A stretch of DNA of 28,924 nucleotides from a virus (Duplodnaviria; Caudoviricetes): positions 1-28,924 of IMG/VR virus record IMGVR_UViG_3300032277_000058. The stretch is one strand, 5' to 3'. The notes beneath the pieces are model-generated. The model did not search any database, was not told the DNA's origin, and was given only the letters and a program-made list of their open reading frames with translations. Shown in pieces: positions 7,475 to 14,833 of the stretch (positions are counted from its first letter, which is position 1; each line of letters opens with the position of its first letter). A program made the position numbers and the translations under genes.

Positions 7475-8298
7475 AGTCTGGTTGGACAAAAAAACCCCGT
7501 TCTCGCTTTGAACACCACCTATTCCACAAGGAAAAGTTTTGCCGAGGTTACGCTTGGGATTGGATGGTTGATCACGCAGCCTTCAAAAACATTTCGTTAG
7601 ATGTCTCAGGCCGCACTGTTCAGATCAATAGGGGGCAGCTTTGCTACTCGATCAGATACCTCGCGGCGGCGTGGAATTGGGATAAGGCCGCAGTGAGCCG
7701 CTTCCTGACCCGCCTCAAAACCGAGACAATGATCGAAACACAAACCGAGACAGGTCAAACAATTATAACTATCTGTAATTATGAGCGTTTTAACGCCCTC
7801 GATTTAGAGACCGAGACACCAACCGAGACACCAACCGAGACAAGAGTGAGACAGCAGCGAGACAGCAGCGAGACAAATAATAAGAAAGATAAGACCTATA
7901 AGAAGGAAAATACCCCCCCAGCCCCCAAGGGGGAGGGTGATTTGTTTGGAGGTAAAAAAGCGGAACCAACACCCGCTGAAATCCTCTCTGCAATCATCCC
8001 GGTGCAGCTTGCCCAAGACTTCGTTGAGCATCGGCGGCGCATGGGGAAGAAACATCACCTGACCGATCTTGCCGCAAAGCAGTTGGCGAAGAAGTGGGGC
8101 GGATACTCAAACCGGATCGCAGCCTTTGAGCAGTCCATCGCAAATGGGTGGCAGGGCGTGTTCGAGGTCAAGCAGACCCAGCAGCGCGGGCCAGCTCACA
8201 TGCCGACAGATGGCATTGGCCGGATGATCGAGAACCGGAACCGACAGCGCGAGTCTGAGCCTCAATCATTTATGGGAAAGGCGAAGACCATTGGCTGA
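7471..8298 (+). CDS. Phage replication initiator (lambda O / replisome organiser-like)
   Basis: N-terminal RGQ..S.RYLA..W.W....V.RFL..L HTH and TIITICNYERF. Contains internal iterons and the C-terminal F..HRR...LT..A...SIANGWQGVF. Confidence 0.85.
   Translation: MKSGWTKKPRSRFEHHLFHKEKFCRGYAWDWMVDHAAFKNISLDVSGRTVQINRGQLCYSIRYLAAAWNWDKAAVSRFLTRLKTETMIETQTETGQTIITICNYERFNALDLETETPTETPTETRVRQQRDSSETNNKKDKTYKKENTPPAPKGEGDLFGGKKAEPTPAEILSAIIPVQLAQDFVEHRRRMGKKHHLTDLAAKQLAKKWGGYSNRIAAFEQSIANGWQGVFEVKQTQQRGPAHMPTDGIGRMIENRNRQRESEPQSFMGKAKTIG
7720..7875 (+). repeat. Iteron array, putative replication origin
   Basis: accgagaca at 7720, 7744, 7810, 7822 and 7834, with variants at 7732, 7846, 7857 and 7868. 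Period is 11-12 bp and an A-rich stretch follows. Confidence 0.75.
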
Positions 8299-8851
8299 GT
8301 TTCAGAACATCAACGAGGTTCCACTGTTCCGCTATGAGATGATCATGGCGGATTGCCCTTGGACTTTCGCCAACTGGTCCCAGAAGGGCGAGGAAAAGAA
8401 CGCCTCAAGCCAATATGACTGCATGAGCCTCGAAGACATCAAGGCGATGCCGATTGCAGACATTGCGACCCCTGACAGCGTTCTCTGGCTTTGGGCGACA
8501 AACCCGATGCTGCCGCAGGCATTCGAGGTGATGTCCGCTTGGGGGTTCACATTCAAGACCGCTGGCCACTGGTCGAAGAAAACCAGCAAAGGCAATCAGG
8601 CGTTTGGCACGGGGTACATCCTGCGCAGCGCGGGAGAGCCCTTCCTGATTGGCACCATCGGCAAACCAAAGACCGCCCGCAACATCAGATCCGTGATCGA
8701 GGGTCCGGTCAGGGAGCATTCCCGCAAGCCAGACGAAGCGTTCGAGGCCGCAGAGCGGATGATGCCGGACGCAAAACGTATTGAGATTTTTTCACGGCAA
8801 GAGCGTCCAGGATGGGACGCCTTCGGCAACGAGATAGGAGTTTTTGCATGA
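8291..8851 (+). CDS. MT-A70 family N6-adenine methyltransferase
   Basis: Motifs IMADCPW (DPPW variant), Y..MSLEDIK.MP, LWLWAT, WGF.FKT, REHSRKP and IEIFSRQ.RPGW..FGNE. Confidence 0.9.
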   Translation: MAEFQNINEVPLFRYEMIMADCPWTFANWSQKGEEKNASSQYDCMSLEDIKAMPIADIATPDSVLWLWATNPMLPQAFEVMSAWGFTFKTAGHWSKKTSKGNQAFGTGYILRSAGEPFLIGTIGKPKTARNIRSVIEGPVREHSRKPDEAFEAAERMMPDAKRIEIFSRQERPGWDAFGNEIGVFA

Positions 8852-9771
8852 CCGTAATCACAGCAGAAGAGCAGGCGGCAATTGATGCCTTCATGGCCAA
8901 TAAGGAAATCACCAAGATTCCGACCGGTAAGAGCCACCACAGCGGTTGGAAGTGGAGCGAAGAAGAGGGCAAACTGGTGTTGGTCGATCAGGACGATAAC
9001 ACCTACGGCAAGAAAAATTGGACACCGGGCCGGAAGATCACGCCAGAGACCGCGCAGCGCCGGATGCGGCTGCGTGAGCACATGGACAACCTTGGCGGCG
9101 CCGCAGAGTTCGCAGAGGCGGAGGGCGTCGAGATGTTTACGGTCTACAAGGACGCTCAGGCCATTGGCCGGACATTCAAATATGTGACCGCACAGCGGAA
9201 GTTGGTCGAGGGACCGAAACCCAAGAAAAAGCGGGTTTACAAACCAAGGCCGAGCAGGGCGAAGCCGAAGTCTGTCCCTCGCAAGGTAAAACCAGAAGTT
9301 CAAGCCCGCCGCGCCAAGGTGAAGGAGTTGATTGGCCAGAGCTTGAGCCGTGCAGCCATCGCAAAGGCGCTTGGTGTGTCTCGGAAGACAGTCAGCAATG
9401 ATGCCGCTGCCTTGGGTATGTTGATCAATCCTGAAATGGCAGCCCGTCTTTCTGGCGAAAGAATCGAAGCCCGCCGCGCCAAGGTGAAAGAGTTGCTTCT
9501 GGCAGGTTATTCCAGAGATGAGATTGCCAAAGCCTGCGGGGTTTCGCGTCAGCCGATTGGCGAGGACATCAAGGCACTTGGCCTTATCGGTCTGGCCAGC
9601 ACAAAACAACTGAAAAAACGCCGGATACATGACGCAATCAACGCATCAGAAGCCAAGACCGAGCAGGCCGTTGCCAAGCTGGACTGCGGCGAAGAGCTGC
9701 ATGTCATCATCGCCCGCAATCCCCACGGCAAGATCGTGGGTATCTCCATCGCAGAGGGGGCGGACGCATGA
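8848..9771 (+). CDS. Multi-HTH DNA-binding protein
   Basis: Start revised to MTVITAEE (RBS AGGAG). Two tandem 55-aa HTH units (ARRAKVKEL...S...IAKA.GVSR.....D..ALG) plus a more diverged third unit. Confidence 0.8.
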   Translation: MTVITAEEQAAIDAFMANKEITKIPTGKSHHSGWKWSEEEGKLVLVDQDDNTYGKKNWTPGRKITPETAQRRMRLREHMDNLGGAAEFAEAEGVEMFTVYKDAQAIGRTFKYVTAQRKLVEGPKPKKKRVYKPRPSRAKPKSVPRKVKPEVQARRAKVKELIGQSLSRAAIAKALGVSRKTVSNDAAALGMLINPEMAARLSGERIEARRAKVKELLLAGYSRDEIAKACGVSRQPIGEDIKALGLIGLASTKQLKKRRIHDAINASEAKTEQAVAKLDCGEELHVIIARNPHGKIVGISIAEGADA

Positions 9772-9941
9772 GCTCAGTGGGCCACATGCTCAACCAGATC
9801 ACATCTCTGGAAGAGTTGCAGGGCTTTGCAGACATGCTGTTTCACCCGCCGCCCGGCGTTGAGGTGAAGCCGCACACAGAGGCAGACAGGCAGAGAATCG
9901 CAACAATGAAAATCGAGTTTCAGAAGAGGGCAGGGAAATGA
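9768..9941 (+). CDS. Hypothetical protein, 57 aa (not in the ORF track)
   Basis: RBS GAGGGG and ATGA overlaps at both ends. Reads MSSVGHMLNQITSLEELQGFADMLF...KIEFQKRAGK. Confidence 0.7.
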   Translation: MSSVGHMLNQITSLEELQGFADMLFHPPPGVEVKPHTEADRQRIATMKIEFQKRAGK

Positions 9942-9988
9942 ACAAGCGCGGACTTATCGAAAGCGATCCATACGGCGAGAACAAATGA
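9938..9988 (+). CDS. 16-aa mini-ORF or gene remnant
   Basis: Reads MNKRGLIESDPYGENK, with ATGA overlaps to both neighbours. Confidence 0.45.
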   Translation: MNKRGLIESDPYGENK

Positions 9989-10203
9989 AGGGCCAACCCA
10001 GCATCAGCGCCGTTTACAGGCTGGCCGCGCCGGACACTCCACCTGATGACATCGAGCAGTGGGGCCGGATCGAGCGTCTGAGAAGAGCCGCTTGGCGCGA
10101 TGCTGGCGTGATCGCGGTTTCCCCGAATGAATTGCCGGAACCTCTGGCGGGGCAGATCAAATCATGGGCCGAGGACGCCTATGGGAAGAGCAGGAAAGGA
10201 TGA
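9985..10203 (+). CDS. Hypothetical protein, 72 aa
   Basis: In the operon, with coupled start and stop. Confidence 0.7.
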   Translation: MKGQPSISAVYRLAAPDTPPDDIEQWGRIERLRRAAWRDAGVIAVSPNELPEPLAGQIKSWAEDAYGKSRKG

Positions 10204-10924
10204 GAACTTGAGGCAAGTAGTCGAAGCGCCGCTTGAGACGCGCAGAATGTCGATCAGAACGGCCCTTGAGTGGGCTTTTGGAACGGAGTTTGCTTGGCTC
10301 AGTCTCGATGAAACCGATGTGGAGCGCCAAGTTGGCGTTGATACGATCTACCGGCTCATGGAGCGGCACAAGTTGGGCGGAATGCACATTCAGGGAGGCG
10401 GCCGGAGTGATCCGCACCACGATGCGGACATCATTGCCGCGGCTGTGACCGGGCTTGCGCTCAATGGCGGCGATTATGGCATGGCGCTGACCATCGCAGA
10501 ACTCGCCAGAATGGGGAAGGCACCGAGTTGGATGGAAGGTGCTGTGCCTCAGATCGAGCCGATGGAATGGAAGAAGAAGGGGGGGTTTTCAAAAGACCCT
10601 ATGGGCGCAGAGGAAGTTTTACAGAAGCACACGCTCTATGAGAAGCGCCCAGTGCCAAGAAAGCCAGGCACCTATGGAACCTATCGCCGCGTCATCTCTG
10701 TGAAGTGGGTTCCGATCCGGTGGACGATTCACCCAAGGGAAATAAAAAACGCCCGCCGCAACTACCTTGCATGGGCGGACGCTTTGGAGGGGTTGCGCGA
10801 TAAGCTGGTGGCTGATGGCAACTTGGAGACAATCGAGTTGACGAAAAATCTGCCAGTCAGGAGACCTTGGGCCCGTTCACCGGTTGCAGATCATCAAGAG
10901 GCAGGTGTTAATCCGCGTTCCTGA
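10181..10924 (+). CDS. Hypothetical protein, candidate late-gene regulator by position
   Basis: Start revised to MGRAGK (RBS GAGGA). Last gene of the rightward early operon. Motifs ALEWAF and GGGRSDPHHDAD. Confidence 0.7.
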   Translation: MGRAGKDENLRQVVEAPLETRRMSIRTALEWAFGTEFAWLSLDETDVERQVGVDTIYRLMERHKLGGMHIQGGGRSDPHHDADIIAAAVTGLALNGGDYGMALTIAELARMGKAPSWMEGAVPQIEPMEWKKKGGFSKDPMGAEEVLQKHTLYEKRPVPRKPGTYGTYRRVISVKWVPIRWTIHPREIKNARRNYLAWADALEGLRDKLVADGNLETIELTKNLPVRRPWARSPVADHQEAGVNPRS

Positions 10925-12301
10925 TGCGGCAAAACTTCCCTCTGGCAGATCCTTGAAAGGTCCAGCCCATCCCCAACTATTCAGGGGTTTCGCCCACTTC
11001 CTGAATGCGAGATGTTTCTTTGTCTCATTCACGGATGCACTGGTGGGAACGACAGCGCGAAGAAGCCCGCCCGGCGCCAAGAACTTAAATGCGTGGCGGA
11101 TGTGGTCCATGTAGTGAGTCCCGTAGAAAGGCGGGTTCATGCACACGAAGTCATAAATTGGCGTTGGCTCGATTGACAGAAAGTTTGCCTGCCGCACGGT
11201 GACATCGAGCCCCTCGCGCTGTGCTGCGCCCTTCATGACATCGCAATGCTCATTTACCACCTCATAGGCGGTCACTCTGGCACCCTTTCGGGCCGCCTCA
11301 AGCGCGATTGCACCTTGGCCCGCAGATGGTTCAAGAACCTTTGCGCCTTCGCTCAGGTGAAGATTGTCCAGAACCTCACGGACCACATGGGAGGGCGAGG
11401 GGTAGAATTGCAGATCTTTGGAAACTGCCGTGGACTTGTTGAACAGGTCTTCGTCATCTCCGCCTTGATAGGCATCGGGCAGAACCTCGCCATAGTATTC
11501 AGCCAGCAGCTTGTTCGCCTTCTCGACCAGATCATCACGGGTGAACCACAGGTGTGCGTTCCGGTTCTTGAAGCCATCAATGCGGAAATATTCCGTTTCG
11601 GTTTGAGATTGCATCGGCCCATAGTGCCCGCGCCGATCATCATCGACGGCTTTTCGTAGAGATGCCGCGCCCTCTGGATTTTCGCTATCCAGTTTTGCCA
11701 TGACGCGCTCAACATCCGCGATTGTATCCCAAGTTGAGCCATACTCAGTTGAGCCGGAATGCTCAGAGAAAGCCCGTTCAACGATGATCCGGCTGCCAAC
11801 CTTGAAACCGTCATGGCTCTTGAAGCGGCGATCCAGCTTGGAAAAGCAATTCACGAGGCCGCGCTGAAAAATCATATCCGCATCTGCAAATAGTTGCTGC
11901 AAGGTCGCCCGCACATTGTCCAAGGTTGCCTCTGGGACATCAGCGCCAAGGCTTTCGCTGAACTCTTTTTTGGCCTGGGCGTCCATCAAGTCAGTCATTC
12001 CGGCCCGCTCGATCAGATAGCGCCAGATACCGCAGTCAAGGCTCTTGCGGTAGGACTCCATCGACTTTTCCACATCAAACCCACGAGGCCGGAAGAGATG
12101 CCCAAACGCGCTGCCATCATCGTGGTAGTGCCCGCCTTCACCCATGTCAGCTTGCCGCTTCAAGCCAGTCGCCTTGTCTGACAGGTCATAGGCAGCAGAA
12201 AGAGCCAGTGCGGCCTCCCTTTGTTGCTTGAGCGCAAGGTCTCTGCACTTGCAGATCCGCTCAACGGCTGTATGCGGCACAATCTCGGTGTGGGCGTTCA
12301 T
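10877..12301 (-). CDS. SAM-dependent amino (probably N6-adenine) DNA methyltransferase with DUF4942-like N-terminal domain
   Basis: Motifs QFYPSP, VLEPSAGQG (motif I), MNPPF (motif IV) and F..SGT. N-terminal half has FS.L...FKSHDGFKVG.RII and FKN.NAHLWF. Confidence 0.9.
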   Translation of the reverse strand: MNAHTEIVPHTAVERICKCRDLALKQQREAALALSAAYDLSDKATGLKRQADMGEGGHYHDDGSAFGHLFRPRGFDVEKSMESYRKSLDCGIWRYLIERAGMTDLMDAQAKKEFSESLGADVPEATLDNVRATLQQLFADADMIFQRGLVNCFSKLDRRFKSHDGFKVGSRIIVERAFSEHSGSTEYGSTWDTIADVERVMAKLDSENPEGAASLRKAVDDDRRGHYGPMQSQTETEYFRIDGFKNRNAHLWFTRDDLVEKANKLLAEYYGEVLPDAYQGGDDEDLFNKSTAVSKDLQFYPSPSHVVREVLDNLHLSEGAKVLEPSAGQGAIALEAARKGARVTAYEVVNEHCDVMKGAAQREGLDVTVRQANFLSIEPTPIYDFVCMNPPFYGTHYMDHIRHAFKFLAPGGLLRAVVPTSASVNETKKHLAFRKWAKPLNSWGWAGPFKDLPEGSFAASGTRINTCLLMICNR

Positions 12302-12316
12302 GGCGGTTATCCTTTT

Positions 12317-12457
12317 TCAACACGCCCGCGTGGGGCAATCAGGGTGAATAGTCAGACCTTCCAGCCAAGCCCCAATGTCAGGGCCAAGGATGGCAACGGT
12401 CACGGCAAGCACCAACACAAGTAAGATTTGCGCGGCTAACATCAGTTGCAGGCTCAT
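12317..12457 (-). CDS. 46-aa membrane protein (not in the ORF track)
   Basis: Reads MSLQLMLAAQILLVLVLAVTVAILGPDIGAWLEGLTIHPDCPTRAC, with an ATGA overlap and AAGGA upstream. Confidence 0.65.
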   Translation of the reverse strand: MSLQLMLAAQILLVLVLAVTVAILGPDIGAWLEGLTIHPDCPTRAC

Positions 12458-12690
12458 GCTGCGTTCCTTTCGGCTTCATCGGCGATCCGGCACAGCTTAT
12501 GGCCAGCATCGCGCAGGGTTTCGGGGTCAACGGTGGAACGCGCAGCCCGCAACAGCATGTGATTTACGATCAAGGTACAGACAGCGCGGCAAGATAGCAT
12601 CATCAGCTTTTCCGCTGCGGTATCCGTTGGTATGGCAGGCGGGCGCAAGCGGCGCGGCTTGAGGAATGCCTTGGGGCTAAGGAAACTCAT
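12454..12690 (-). CDS. Hypothetical protein, 78 aa
   Basis: ATGA-coupled chain in the leftward operon. Confidence 0.65.
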   Translation of the reverse strand: MSFLSPKAFLKPRRLRPPAIPTDTAAEKLMMLSCRAVCTLIVNHMLLRAARSTVDPETLRDAGHKLCRIADEAERNAA

Positions 12691-12950
12691 GCTACACCTA
12701 TGGCGGCGCGGTAGGCGGCGACCTTGCGAAGGGCTGAAACGTAGTCAGCATCAACGTCGCTGCGACTTATGTCTTCCGGGCCTGTCGCAATCTCAAGGTA
12801 TCTCTCGCAAAGATCATCGGCAGCCTTCGCCAGTTCCTCCGCAGCCAGTAGGGCGGTATCGCGGCGCTCGATCATTCTTTGCGCTTCTGCAAGGGAGTTT
12901 GTCTGTTTACCGTCTTCACGATCCTTGCGAATGTCATCAATAAGGCTCAT
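12687..12950 (-). CDS. Hypothetical protein, 87 aa
   Basis: ATGA-coupled with RBS GGAGGG. Predicted helical. Confidence 0.7.
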   Translation of the reverse strand: MSLIDDIRKDREDGKQTNSLAEAQRMIERRDTALLAAEELAKAADDLCERYLEIATGPEDISRSDVDADYVSALRKVAAYRAAIGVA

Positions 12951-13486
12951 AGCCCCGCCCTCCGTTCTGCATAGGCGTGGGCTTTGTCATCACCCGCCAT
13001 TTCGGCCATAGCAGCCGCGTCTTTGGCTCTCTGCTCGATGCAGTCAGAGCAAAGAAAGCCAGCGCCGTTTTCTGTTTTGGTCAGATGATCTTCGCCAACC
13101 AGCGCATGACAATCGGTGCAGTGATTGTCTTGCACAATTTCATCAATTGCATCTTGCAACACCTCAAGGCTCTTGGCGTCTACGGTCATCCACTCAGGAT
13201 CGCCATCGCCGGTAATCTCTTCATGCTGCCCGTGCCAGATGTCGTTGCGGATCTGCTCGACATACCAGAGGCCAGAGATTGTCTGATAGGTCAGACCAGC
13301 CTTGCCCATCTTCACCTGCATGGCGCGATTGAACGCCAACGCTGTTGCCCGCGCCACATGGGGCGGCACAAAGACATTGATGAAATCGCCGTCAGAGTTT
13401 CTGAATTTTAGCGTATCATCGTTCACCTCCGACAATCGGCTGTGTTGCGCAACGTCTGCGCTGTGAATGCTCGCTGACATACTCAT
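12947..13486 (-). CDS. Hypothetical protein with C-terminal CxxC...CxxC Zn finger
   Basis: Start revised to MSMSAS (GGAG upstream). Contains CTDC...CSDC. Confidence 0.75.
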   Translation of the reverse strand: MSMSASIHSADVAQHSRLSEVNDDTLKFRNSDGDFINVFVPPHVARATALAFNRAMQVKMGKAGLTYQTISGLWYVEQIRNDIWHGQHEEITGDGDPEWMTVDAKSLEVLQDAIDEIVQDNHCTDCHALVGEDHLTKTENGAGFLCSDCIEQRAKDAAAMAEMAGDDKAHAYAERRAGL

Positions 13487-13487
13487 A

Positions 13488-13850
13488 TTATCCATCTCCA
13501 TTGCATTTGATGCACCACTCAGTCACGTTCTGGCCCCGCGCATAGTCAAAGCGCGTGACCACGCCGCCTGTACCGCCGCACTCCGAACACCTGCCAACTT
13601 GGTCTTGTGGCGGGATGCGTTTTGCGGACTCCAAGTCCAGCCAAAGAACCTCTTCGCACTGGTGGCACACAGGCCCGCCGCAGCGATCCACAAGAGGCGC
13701 AATCCGACTGTTGGAAGGAACGACTGCAAGCTGGTCGCGGTTCAGCCCTGTTCGATGGCACTTGGCGCACTCACAGTGCCCGTCCATTGGTAGAAGTCCG
13801 CGCAGTTGCAGGGCGGAGTTGATCAGCGCCGTGACGCTCTGGTTCATCAT
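13488..13850 (-). CDS. Cys-rich Zn-finger protein
   Basis: Contains CAKC, CHQC, CSECGGTG and CIKCNGDG (DnaJ-like CxxCxGxG). RBS GGAG. Confidence 0.75.
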   Translation of the reverse strand: MMNQSVTALINSALQLRGLLPMDGHCECAKCHRTGLNRDQLAVVPSNSRIAPLVDRCGGPVCHQCEEVLWLDLESAKRIPPQDQVGRCSECGGTGGVVTRFDYARGQNVTEWCIKCNGDG

Positions 13851-13886
13851 GGGTTTCTCCACTTCGGCGTTATTGCCAATAAGCAG

Positions 13887-13938
13887 AATATATCGTTTAT
13901 CGAAACAAACTCAAGCAACATGTGTCGATATTCGAAAA
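13887..13938 (-). promoter_or_regulatory. Second leftward early promoter PL2 with operators
   Basis: On the minus strand TTGAGT (13914-13909)-N16-TATATT (13892-13887). Operators are atatcg-tttat-cgaaac (13890-13906) and gtgtcg-atatt-cgaaaa (13922-13938). Confidence 0.7.
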
Positions 13939-14030
13939 AAGTTTTGACAATCGCCATTGGTGTTGACAGAAGAACCCTTGCAACCACTGCCTTCCCCGGC
14001 ATGGTATGACTGCTCAATGTTGACCGGACT

Positions 14031-14056
14031 TGCCCGCCTTGTGCGGGCATTTTTTT
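14031..14056 (+). terminator. Intrinsic terminator at the head of the late operon
   Basis: tgcccgc-cttgt-gcgggca followed by T7. Confidence 0.75.
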
Positions 14057-14058
14057 GT

Positions 14059-14134
14059 GGCGGGTTAGCTCAGTTGGTAGAGCGCCGGACTCATAATCCA
14101 GAGGCCGATGGTTCAAGTCCATCACCCGCAACCA
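14059..14134 (+). tRNA. tRNA with CAU anticodon (Met type), encoded CCA
   Basis: 76-nt cloverleaf: D arm GCTC/GAGC, anticodon loop CTCATAA, T arm GATGG-TTCAAGT-CCATC, 3' end ACCA. Confidence 0.93.
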
Positions 14135-14271
14135 GATCGTCCCCTACTCCAAAAGGATCGGCCCGCTGTCCTTAATCGCCGCGATGCGCCTGGGCGTTAA
14201 CCGTGTGGGGCAACGACATTGGGAACATGGAATCGCGGCCAGCGGGCAAGCGCAAACAAACGGAGACCCCA

Positions 14272-14472
14272 ATGCAGATTGAATACTTCACCAACGCCGG
14301 ACCAGACAGCGAACCGAACCAGAATGACGCGGCTCTCGGCACCCTGACTGCAACAGAGTTCACCAGCGGTCATTTGAACGTCGAACTGCACGGCATGACC
14401 GCAGAGGGGGCAATGGCCCTGATCGACACGCTGCAAAACTATCTCATGCAGGGCGAACAGCAGGTCCACTGA
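14272..14472 (+). CDS. Hypothetical protein, 66 aa
   Basis: Start revised to MQIEYF (RBS GGAG). Confidence 0.65.
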   Translation: MQIEYFTNAGPDSEPNQNDAALGTLTATEFTSGHLNVELHGMTAEGAMALIDTLQNYLMQGEQQVH

Positions 14473-14488
14473 CCGAAAGGATTGAATT

Positions 14489-14833
14489 ATGGCGACGATC
14501 ACTCCCCAGATTAAAACACACCCCGGCCGCATGGAAATCCTCTGGGAAGAATGTACCACCGGTGACACGCTCAGCCCGGTCAAGCTGAAAGACGCGCCCG
14601 CCATGGTTGCCTGCGTTCACGCCTTCGGCACCTTCAACTCCACCACAGTCAAGATGCTGGGCTCAAATGACGCCGCCGCAACCTTCATTGCGCTGCCGGA
14701 TCTGTCTGGGACCGAGATTGCCCTGACAGCCAACGGACTCAAGGACTTCTCAACTGCCTGCCTGTACCTCAAGCCCGAAGTAGCGGGCGGCACCAGCGAC
14801 GATGTGGACGTGAAAGTGGTTATCCGCCTGTGA
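14489..14833 (+). CDS. Putative virion beta-sandwich protein (head spike base-like)
   Basis: 114 aa, beta-strand rich, with the motif GTFNSTTVKMLGSND. Confidence 0.55.
   Translation: MATITPQIKTHPGRMEILWEECTTGDTLSPVKLKDAPAMVACVHAFGTFNSTTVKMLGSNDAAATFIALPDLSGTEIALTANGLKDFSTACLYLKPEVAGGTSDDVDVKVVIRL

Noticed and set aside
7720-7875. Short repeats as a possible CRISPR or DGR element
   Set aside because: Units are 8-9 bp with no spacers and lie inside the initiator gene. No cas or reverse transcriptase gene is in the window. They fit iterons.
13944-13968. Two perfect TTGACA hexamers as the late promoter
   Set aside because: Neither has a credible -10 at 16-18 bp, so no promoter was called.
14059-14134. 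tRNA as a prophage att site or host boundary
   Set aside because: Phage genes continue on both sides, and no duplicated 3' fragment or integrase is seen in the window.
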